NCBI GenBank assembly: GCA_965662895.1
Contig: CBFIJH010000002.1
Coordinates: 96,001-160,000 of the forward strand
Source: Candidatus Poseidoniaceae archaeon
GTDB taxonomy: Archaea; Thermoplasmatota; Poseidoniia; Poseidoniales; Poseidoniaceae
Direction of reading: 5' to 3'
Length of the DNA stretch: 64,000 nucleotides
The notes under the pieces were generated by a model. The model saw nothing but the letters and a program-made list of their open reading frames with translations, was not told where the DNA came from and did no database searches. Positions 1 to 7,457 of the stretch are shown here, piece after piece. The position numbers and the translations under genes are program-made. Each line of letters begins with the position of its first letter. Within the stretch, counting starts at the first letter, position 1.

Positions 1-856
1 AAGAGAATTGATCAATCGCTTGTGTCTCATGCAGTCCAGTCAAACGTTCTTCGTTGTGAGCACCGTAAACAGACATGTGCTTCTCGATGTTTCGGCCAAA
101 GGCTTCACAGATACTGTCAAACAATTCCTTGCCGCCCGTGTCGCGCATGGCCCCATTGGAGAAATTGGCGTGCATTCCTGAACCGTTCCAGTCGCCCTTG
201 ATCGGCTTTGGATGGTATTCGATGTAGTAACCGTAACTTTCGGTCAATCGGTCAAGCAAATAGCGGGCAACCCACAATTCGTCACCAGCTTGCTTTGCAC
301 CCTTAGCAAAAATTTGGAACTCCCACTGGCCGCAGGCAACTTCTTGGTTGATTCCTTCGAAGTTGAGTCCAGCCTCAAGACAGAGATCAGCGTGCTCTTC
401 AACAAGTGATCGGCCGTGTGTATTCTTTCCACCAACGGAACAGTAGTAGAGTCCTTGCGGGCCTGGGTAACCGCCAACTGGGAAACCAAGAGGTAATTGT
501 GTGTCGACATCCATGATGAAGTATTCTTGTTCAAATCCGAACCAGAAATCATCGTCATCGTCATCGATGGTTGCTCGGCCGTTGCTTGGATGAGGTGTGC
601 CATCTGGGTTGAGAACCTCGCACATGACAAGGTATCCATTGACGCGCTGCGGATCGGGGAAAATGTTCACAGGTTTGAGAAGACAGTCGGATGAACTGCC
701 GTCTGCTTGCTTGGTTGAAGAACCATCAAACATCCAAATCGGACATTCTTCCAACGTTCCAGTAAAATTCGAACGAACCATTGTTTTGCTACGCATGTTT
801 TGCGTTGGTTCGTATCCATCTAGCCAAATATACTCAAGTTTTGCTTTATCACTCAT
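1..856 (-). CDS. glnA: Glutamine synthetase, type II-like (runs off the window start; C-terminal part missing)
   Basis: Manual translation from ATG at 856: MSDKAKLEYIWLDGYEPTQNMRSKT...WMFDGSSTKQA; later EVACGQWEFQIF and HPKPIKGDWNGSGMHANFS, typical GS motifs. Absent from the ORF track because it is open at the window edge. Confidence 0.93.
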   Translation of the reverse strand, partial: MSDKAKLEYIWLDGYEPTQNMRSKTMVRSNFTGTLEECPIWMFDGSSTKQADGSSSDCLLKPVNIFPDPQRVNGYLVMCEVLNPDGTPHPSNGRATIDDDDDDFWFGFEQEYFIMDVDTQLPLGFPVGGYPGPQGLYYCSVGGKNTHGRSLVEEHADLCLEAGLNFEGINQEVACGQWEFQIFAKGAKQAGDELWVARYLLDRLTESYGYYIEYHPKPIKGDWNGSGMHANFSNGAMRDTGGKELFDSICEAFGRNIEKHMSVYGAHNEERLTGLHETQAIDQFS

Positions 857-1064
857 GGTATCAAATGACCCGCTGTGAGGGCGGTATATGAACCATTTGC
901 CTATTATTTTTGGAATTAAGTGTGATTAATGAGCAATAATACACCTTTCATCTCATCAAACGATTAATTACTTAGTTTGAAATGTATTCCGATTTGTCCG
1001 AATGCGCGAAAAAATACCCGAAAACTAGCAAATGACCAAAAGGTGAAAATTGCGAAGCATTAGG

Positions 1065-2882
1065 TCACTGATTGTTCGCCGCTTCTTCGGATTGGGGTGT
1101 GATGAGAACATCATCCGAAAAACGTTCAATGATTGGTAATTCTGCAACAGATAAGGAAGGTAAGACGTGAACTGTGCACGTGTTACCACATGCTGGAGCG
1201 AGATAGTCTTCGCCTTGATCGGTAAGGACAAATCGAATACCATGTCCTGCTGGGAGGAGCGCGTCAATGGCTTGAAACTCCATGAGCATGGTGATCTCTT
1301 GACCTGGCACAACGGTTTGGGCATCGTATCCGCCAGCATGGTAACGCACATCCATCGTAGCGTGGCCGAGGCGCAGTCCCGTCTCAGCATCTTGCATTTC
1401 GACAAAGATTTGCCCTCCATCAAAGGTTGGTACTGCAGAAAGATGGATGGTCGCTAAGCCTGCAATGTGGAGATTGTTCGTTTCACTCAATGCTGAACAA
1501 TCCACTGTCAAAGATTGGCCACCGCCCACGACAGGTGCACCACCGCCGACGAACGCTCCGTCGTTTGTGCAATCGCCTAAATCGAGTTGAAGGCGTTCAA
1601 CGTCGGCCGGTGGCCATGTCTCCTCAATCCTCCACTGGCCGTCATTACGCTGGATTTGGGCATGCAGAGCTGGCTTTTCTCCAATACCTTTCAGATAATA
1701 TTCCATCCATTCGAAGAGTTCTTGCCCCCAATCCCATCGAGTCATATTCTGTATGGCTTCACCGCCATAACCGGATGCCTGTGCGTTGTGTTTTGTCCAT
1801 TGATCAGGATAGTTGTGCTCCCATTGCCCAATCATTCCAGCAACGTCGTACCCATTATCGATGTATTCCTGATACCAATTGACACCTGGTGGACCACCGA
1901 AGACCATATGAGGGTCAACGTTCCAATCTTGAAGGCCTTGAACCCAGTAGATACTTCCGTTGTACTTTCCAAGTGCTTTGTCGATGTGACTTCGTTCGTC
2001 GTAATAATTGTCCATGTATAGGTCGGCCTCTCCTAGACCGTAGCGGGTAGGTCCGGCAAGGAACCCTTCAACGACATCCCCGCATAAATTATCCAAATCA
2101 TCGTTGTCATAATCGAGAATTGACCCGCCATAGTTTGAGTGCATCACTTGGCTTCGGGCTTCTGCGCTACCGTTCTTGTAGAGCAATGGACCAAGAGCAG
2201 TTGTACCTGAAATGGGGACGATGGTTTTCAGGTACTGACTACCTTGAGCAGCAGCCTCCCATGCCGTTGCCCCTTCGTAGGATTTGCCGTAAATCGCAAC
2301 ATGTCCATTGCTCCAATTCTGGGTTCCAAGCCACTCCACCGCCATGTGAATGCCAAGCCCTTCACCATCACCTCGATAGTCAAAACAGCCTGTGCTCTCT
2401 TCGGTTGCGAACACAGCTACTTGTGCGAGAGCGTAACCGTGAGGTACGAAATTCTCGTAGATGAATTCACCACGACCAGCACTAACCACGTTGGTTGGTG
2501 ACGATTGGCTTCCAGGTGAACCATAATCGAAATATGGACTCACGACTGCAATGACTGGGACTTGCTCGCCTTCTTCTGTGTTCGATGGCAACCAATACGA
2601 GAGGTGCACTTCAGCTGTGTTTGGACCTCCTTCCCATGTGCCCGACGTATCAACCTCGATGTTCACTTCTTGAACAGGGAGTGGTTCGTATGGCCCATCT
2701 TCCAGTACCCGCGAATAGGAGCCTGTCCAATTCCATTCGAGCGTGTGCCGGTCATAGACGTCTGGATACGTTTCCGACGTCTGTGTTTCGAATGCGGATG
2801 TTGCATTTCCAAAACATCCAGAGAGCGTCATGCTCAGCATCATTGCAACGAGAAGGACGGCCAATCCACCTTTTCTCGCCAT
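1065..2882 (-). CDS. CocE/NonD family hydrolase (peptidase S15-like) lipoprotein
   Basis: Lipobox LSGC, VIAVVSPY, nucleophile motif GKSYEG, GLQDWNV, C-terminal PepX-like domain. Start set at MARKGG (2882); 2906 is an alternative. Confidence 0.85.
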   Translation of the reverse strand: MARKGGLAVLLVAMMLSMTLSGCFGNATSAFETQTSETYPDVYDRHTLEWNWTGSYSRVLEDGPYEPLPVQEVNIEVDTSGTWEGGPNTAEVHLSYWLPSNTEEGEQVPVIAVVSPYFDYGSPGSQSSPTNVVSAGRGEFIYENFVPHGYALAQVAVFATEESTGCFDYRGDGEGLGIHMAVEWLGTQNWSNGHVAIYGKSYEGATAWEAAAQGSQYLKTIVPISGTTALGPLLYKNGSAEARSQVMHSNYGGSILDYDNDDLDNLCGDVVEGFLAGPTRYGLGEADLYMDNYYDERSHIDKALGKYNGSIYWVQGLQDWNVDPHMVFGGPPGVNWYQEYIDNGYDVAGMIGQWEHNYPDQWTKHNAQASGYGGEAIQNMTRWDWGQELFEWMEYYLKGIGEKPALHAQIQRNDGQWRIEETWPPADVERLQLDLGDCTNDGAFVGGGAPVVGGGQSLTVDCSALSETNNLHIAGLATIHLSAVPTFDGGQIFVEMQDAETGLRLGHATMDVRYHAGGYDAQTVVPGQEITMLMEFQAIDALLPAGHGIRFVLTDQGEDYLAPACGNTCTVHVLPSLSVAELPIIERFSDDVLITPQSEEAANNQ

Positions 2883-2962
2883 GTTCCTCCCTAGTCGATG
2901 TGACATAAACGGTTTGCGTCTTTTCCGCAAACTATGATTGATAGCAATGCTTGGAGATGAAC

Positions 2963-3757
2963 ATGGAGGCAAGTGAAGCATGGGGCGTTCGCTGGGAAGC
3001 CTCAACATTACCAATGGCAAAAACCTTCATGGAAGTTGCTTGTCGCAAACAGAGTCTGGTCTGTCTCGCTGCCGATCGATACACAATGGCTGAATTATTC
3101 GAGTTGCTTGAATCCGTGGGTGGTTCCATTGCAGCATTGAAGACCCATGTCGACCTCATTGACGACTGGAATGAGAATGATTGGGGGCGCTTCTGCGCAC
3201 GTGCGCAAGAAATGGACCTCCTTATCTTTGAAGACCGTAAATTTGCAGATATTGGTAAAATTTCTCGAAGGCAAATGGGCGGAATTTACAACATCAAGGA
3301 ATGGAGTGATCTCGTCACAGCCCATCTCATCAGCGGCCCGGATATCGTAGATGGTTTGCAAGCGGCGTGGGACGACGCTTCGAGGATGGGTGGTGTTTTG
3401 TTGCTCGCACAAATGTCCAGTCGTGGAAACCTTCTCAATCCTGAATACACTTCTACGGTTGTCGAGGCAGGACGGGTCCATCCGGGAGTGTTTGGATTCA
3501 TTGGGAATGGATCAAATCCTGATTCTGTTCGCGAACTGCGCTCTTTGATCGGTGATGAAAAGATGATTTGGACACCCGGCGTCAATCTCGCAACCGGTGA
3601 CGGAGAGATGGGTCAACGATATGGTGATCCATACGAAGCTGTTCTTGCAGGTTCTGACTGTATAATTGTAGGATCTGGTATTCACAGCGCAGAGGATCCT
3701 GCATCAGCAGCCGCTGCCTATGCTGAACGGTCATGGAAAGCATTGCTGGAGCGATAA
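2963..3757 (+). CDS. pyrF: Orotidine-5'-phosphate decarboxylase (URA3-like subtype)
   Basis: CLAAD, KTHVD, FEDRKFADIG, LLLAQMSSRGNL, TPGV and GQRY motifs. Confidence 0.95.
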   Translation: MEASEAWGVRWEASTLPMAKTFMEVACRKQSLVCLAADRYTMAELFELLESVGGSIAALKTHVDLIDDWNENDWGRFCARAQEMDLLIFEDRKFADIGKISRRQMGGIYNIKEWSDLVTAHLISGPDIVDGLQAAWDDASRMGGVLLLAQMSSRGNLLNPEYTSTVVEAGRVHPGVFGFIGNGSNPDSVRELRSLIGDEKMIWTPGVNLATGDGEMGQRYGDPYEAVLAGSDCIIVGSGIHSAEDPASAAAAYAERSWKALLER

Positions 3758-4020
3758 TGATGCAAGTCTTGCTCGTTCTTATTGGACTTCTTCTCTTTGT
3801 GGGAGTGTTGGGCCTCTTATACTGGGGCTATTGGAACGCCCGGAAATTGGATCAGCAAATTCTTCGAGGCGACCCCTCTTTGTTGACAACAAACACATAC
3901 AAGCGCGAAGAAGTCATTCAAGCCCCGCAAGGCTCGACAATCATGGAGGGGCAAATCGTCCCGGTTCCAGGCCAGTACATCCAAGCCATCCAAATCCAGC
4001 AAACAAGATTACAGGAATGA
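3757..4020 (+). CDS. Small single-TM hypothetical protein
   Basis: Start overlaps the pyrF stop (TAATG); N-terminal hydrophobic helix followed by a Gln-rich tail. Confidence 0.6.
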   Translation: MMQVLLVLIGLLLFVGVLGLLYWGYWNARKLDQQILRGDPSLLTTNTYKREEVIQAPQGSTIMEGQIVPVPGQYIQAIQIQQTRLQE

Positions 4021-4674
4021 GTCAAGATACCCTTGTTGGTAGGCGGCTCCAGCACCGGCCAGAATAACGAGAACTACGACAAAGAGTCCTGTCCACTTTT
4101 TTCTTGGCCGTGAAGATGGAGGGGTGGCTGGCACAATCAAGGGTACCTCAGCAAGTGGCGGAAGTGATTCCAATGGAGGCAATTCTTCAACAGGTGGAAG
4201 TTCAATCTGAATAGGTTGGGGTTTGATTCGATCTTCTGGGTACAATTCATCCAGGTCTTCGAGACCTGGTGCCTCTGGAATATCGCCAAGAACTTGATCC
4301 CATATTTCGTCAAGTTGGGTCTGACTGACTGGTTTGGTAAGCCAGCCAACTGCACCAGCAGAGTATGTTGCATGAACAGCTAATTCTGAAAGTCGATTTG
4401 GTGCGATGAAAAGTATTCTTGAGTCACCTCCATGCTCACGCATCTCGAGTGCTGCAAGGTGGCCGTCAAGGGAAGGAATGTCCAAGGACATAACTACAAG
4501 TTCCGGATCCAGTTTGATGTATTCATCAACTGCGAGGTCGCCATCTTCACAGACTTGAATGGCGAAACCGCGCTTTCGAAACACTTCACGTAGACGCATA
4601 ATGGACATCTGGTTGTTGTCAACAATCAACACCGTCGGTGCTTCATCGGAAGAAACTTCACTGACGTACGACAT
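4009..4674 (-). CDS. CheY-like (pseudo)receiver domain protein with Pro-rich linker and C-terminal TM anchor
   Basis: VLIVDNN...PELVVMSLDIPSLDG...GAVGWLTKPV receiver pattern; C-terminal hydrophobic helix. Confidence 0.8.
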   Translation of the reverse strand: MSYVSEVSSDEAPTVLIVDNNQMSIMRLREVFRKRGFAIQVCEDGDLAVDEYIKLDPELVVMSLDIPSLDGHLAALEMREHGGDSRILFIAPNRLSELAVHATYSAGAVGWLTKPVSQTQLDEIWDQVLGDIPEAPGLEDLDELYPEDRIKPQPIQIELPPVEELPPLESLPPLAEVPLIVPATPPSSRPRKKWTGLFVVVLVILAGAGAAYQQGYLDSFL

Positions 4675-4739
4675 CGCGACCGTTTGTCCTGATTCGACTC
4701 TTGCTCATCAATGAACCGATGAAATGATTGCGTTTCACC

Positions 4740-5096
4740 TTATTCTTCACTCGAAAGGTCTTCGACGGGTGCTTCCCTCGGATTTTCAAACGTTTGCCGT
4801 ACGTTTTCCATATTCGCTTCTTCTTCTTCCATTCGCTTTTTTCGTTTCGGAGCCTGCATAAACTGCATTTGCAATTCGCTTATGACCCCTTTGAGCATTG
4901 CTTCTGCGGATGCATCAAGGTTGCCCTGTGTTTTGTTTTGAAGCATGCGAAGAATGTCAATGATGTCTCGCGCCTCTGAAAAATTGAATTGTAAGCCTCC
5001 TGCGGGATGTTCCAACAGACCAAGATTGGCCATTGCAGACCGTTGAAACATATGAACGACTGTAAAAAACGTCTCCGTCTCTTTATCTTCAAACAT
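4740..5096 (-). CDS. DUF1844-like protein
   Basis: AMANLGLLEHP...ARDIIDILRMLQNKTQGNL...LKGVISELQMQF pattern. Confidence 0.75.
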   Translation of the reverse strand: MFEDKETETFFTVVHMFQRSAMANLGLLEHPAGGLQFNFSEARDIIDILRMLQNKTQGNLDASAEAMLKGVISELQMQFMQAPKRKKRMEEEEANMENVRQTFENPREAPVEDLSSEE

Positions 5097-5107
5097 TCAA
5101 AATCTCC

Positions 5108-6475
5108 TCATGCAAACATTTCATCAAGCAACCAATCTGGATTAAATTGGAGAAGATCATCGTACCCTTGGCCGGTTCCTGCAAAGACAATTGGTCGGCC
5201 AGTTGCGAAGGCAATTGAAAGACCGGCACCTCCTTTTGCATCCGTGTCCATTTTTGATAGGACCGCCCCATCAAAGCGCATCATTTCTTGAAACATCTTG
5301 GCTTGGTCGACAGCGTCATTGCCAGCGAGAGCATCGCCTACGAAGAGGACGAGATGAGGGTTTGCAACGCGTCGAACCTTCTCGAGTTCTTTCATAAGAT
5401 TGGTCTTATTCTGCATCCGACCTGCGGTGTCAACCAAAACAACGTCGATGTTTTTGGCTTTTGCAGATTCAATCGCATCACGAGCAATGGCTGCAGCATC
5501 GCCCCCGCGCTGACTCGATATGCACCGAATGCCAAGGTTTTCACAGTGCGATTCAAGTTGCTGGATAGCACCTGCACGGAACGTATCTCCAGCAGCAGCG
5601 ATGACAGAGTGTCCGTTTGATTGAAGTCGATGTGCAATCTTTGCTGCCGTCGTAGTCTTCCCAGTTCCATTCACCCCTACGAGCATTACAACAACTGGGG
5701 CATCGCCTTGATCGAGAAAGGATTGAACCGAGGCATCAAAATCCCAATAGCCGGCGGACAGGAGATTCCGTAAAGCACGTTTGAGTGCCGCCTCCAACAC
5801 TTTTGCCAGTTCTGCACCACGACGCAAACGCGAGCCAACAAGGCTCTTGCGAAGAGCATTGAGAACTGACGTAACGGCTTCGCTGGATATGTCGGATTCA
5901 AGAAGCATCCACTCGAGTTCTTCGAGCAGTTCATCGAGCACCTTGCCTTCCTTGATGACTCGGCCTCCATGTTCAACGATTCCTCCTCCGAGTTCAATCG
6001 AGACTTTACCTGCCTCGGTTTCAATATCTGCAGTTTTTGATGAGCCTCTTGGAGCAGCCTTGACTTCAACCAATTGCCGGCCTGTTGTTGTACGCATCAT
6101 CGAAAGATCGACTTTGGAACCTTTTGGTTTCGCAACGAGAGTGGCTTTTCTTCTCTTGAGTTCTTTCTGACGTTTTTTCTCAAGTTTTTCTAGTCGTTTG
6201 CGTTCTCTTTTTGTAAGTTGAACTGGAAGTTCAATGTCATCTTCTTCGTCGTCCCAATCGTCCCAGTCATCATCTTCGATTTTTTCTTCCTCGATGGGTG
6301 GAAGAGCTTGGTTCAACTCTTCAGTATCAGCATCTTCCCATTCGTCTTCATGAACAGCAGACGTTTTTAGAGCAAGTTTGCCCTCTGCAGAATCCTCTGT
6401 CGCAGTTAAAGCCTCAGAATCGACCTCCTCAGCAACTTCTTTTACGCGCTTTTTGAATCGATCAAAGAGACCCAT
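5108..6475 (-). CDS. ftsY: Signal recognition particle receptor FtsY
   Basis: Acidic N-terminal region, GVNGTGKTT, DTFRAGA, DTAGR, KMDTDAKGG. Confidence 0.97.
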   Translation of the reverse strand: MGLFDRFKKRVKEVAEEVDSEALTATEDSAEGKLALKTSAVHEDEWEDADTEELNQALPPIEEEKIEDDDWDDWDDEEDDIELPVQLTKRERKRLEKLEKKRQKELKRRKATLVAKPKGSKVDLSMMRTTTGRQLVEVKAAPRGSSKTADIETEAGKVSIELGGGIVEHGGRVIKEGKVLDELLEELEWMLLESDISSEAVTSVLNALRKSLVGSRLRRGAELAKVLEAALKRALRNLLSAGYWDFDASVQSFLDQGDAPVVVMLVGVNGTGKTTTAAKIAHRLQSNGHSVIAAAGDTFRAGAIQQLESHCENLGIRCISSQRGGDAAAIARDAIESAKAKNIDVVLVDTAGRMQNKTNLMKELEKVRRVANPHLVLFVGDALAGNDAVDQAKMFQEMMRFDGAVLSKMDTDAKGGAGLSIAFATGRPIVFAGTGQGYDDLLQFNPDWLLDEMFA

Positions 6476-6483
6476 TGAATCAC

Positions 6484-7032
6484 CTAGTCGTCCAACGTTA
6501 ATTCATTTCCAAACATTCCACCACGGCGCCGTTTGGATTTCTGTTGAGGAGGATCGGGTTCAGGAGCTTGGAGTTCTTGCTTCTCTACAGGCTCACTGGA
6601 TTCACTTTTCGATTGGGTTTCAGCCGCTGCGGTAAACGATTGTGCAAGGGTTGAAATCGTCGCTTCAAGTTGCTGGCTTTGGGATTGAAGGTTTTCAAGA
6701 AGTGAGCCGAGTTCCTCCATCCGTTCTCGCGTCAAGGATGCCGCATCGGACCATGTTCGTTCACCAAAAATACCGCTGCCGAGATCAACGATTGTCGAAC
6801 CTTCTCCGCCTCCTGGATGTTGACAGGTGAGTGTTACACCAGCACCAATTGAAACGTGCATCTTCATCGCTGAATCGTGGTTTTTCTTGGCCAGCGTTTC
6901 GAGAATTGTTGCCGTGACATCGTGTTCGCCAAGGACGTTGATCACTTGTTCAATCCGTTCTTGAACCTCATGGAATCGCTCGCGATTCATTTCGACAAGC
7001 CTTGCCGTTTGTTGAAGTTCAGATTGTTCCAC
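6484..7032 (-). CDS. pfdA: Prefoldin alpha subunit
   Basis: Coiled coil with VSIGAG and IVDLGSGIF hairpins; canonical archaeal L18Ae-pfdA-ftsY gene order. Confidence 0.85.
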   Translation of the reverse strand: MEQSELQQTARLVEMNRERFHEVQERIEQVINVLGEHDVTATILETLAKKNHDSAMKMHVSIGAGVTLTCQHPGGGEGSTIVDLGSGIFGERTWSDAASLTRERMEELGSLLENLQSQSQQLEATISTLAQSFTAAAETQSKSESSEPVEKQELQAPEPDPPQQKSKRRRGGMFGNELTLDD

Positions 7033-7088
7033 GAGACCGCCTCAGCAATTCCTGTGGGCCGCCCCTCATCAATGCGGCGATGTTGCAT

Positions 7089-7361
7089 TCACTCTTCTTC
7101 GGCAACTGGAGCAACTTTTCCACCGGCTGCAGCAATTTCTTCCCGGAAGTGGTGGAGAACCGCTGGCTCGGTAGAAGTTCGTGGATCGATTTCATTGATT
7201 GATTCAATCGTGATTGAGCGTCGGGTTGCTTTGTGGCGGGAGCCAATGATTGAGTAAACGCGATGTTCGGCATCGTCTTTTGAAGATGCGACAACATCGA
7301 GTGAGAATTTTTGTCGTAGACTTCCAAACGGGGCTTGTCCATCAACACGGAATGCCTTCAT
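7089..7361 (-). CDS. rpl18a: 50S ribosomal protein L18Ae (LX)
   Basis: MKAFRVDG...FSLDVVA...VYSIIGSRHKATRRSITIESI; conserved synteny. Confidence 0.92.
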   Translation of the reverse strand: MKAFRVDGQAPFGSLRQKFSLDVVASSKDDAEHRVYSIIGSRHKATRRSITIESINEIDPRTSTEPAVLHHFREEIAAAGGKVAPVAEEE

Positions 7362-7457
7362 GAATTCAACCCCAATCGTTTCTTAATTTAAACGCGATGG
7401 TTGAGGTTTAGCGAATGCATCGCGTGTTTCATCAACGTGGAGGGACACGAGGAAAAC

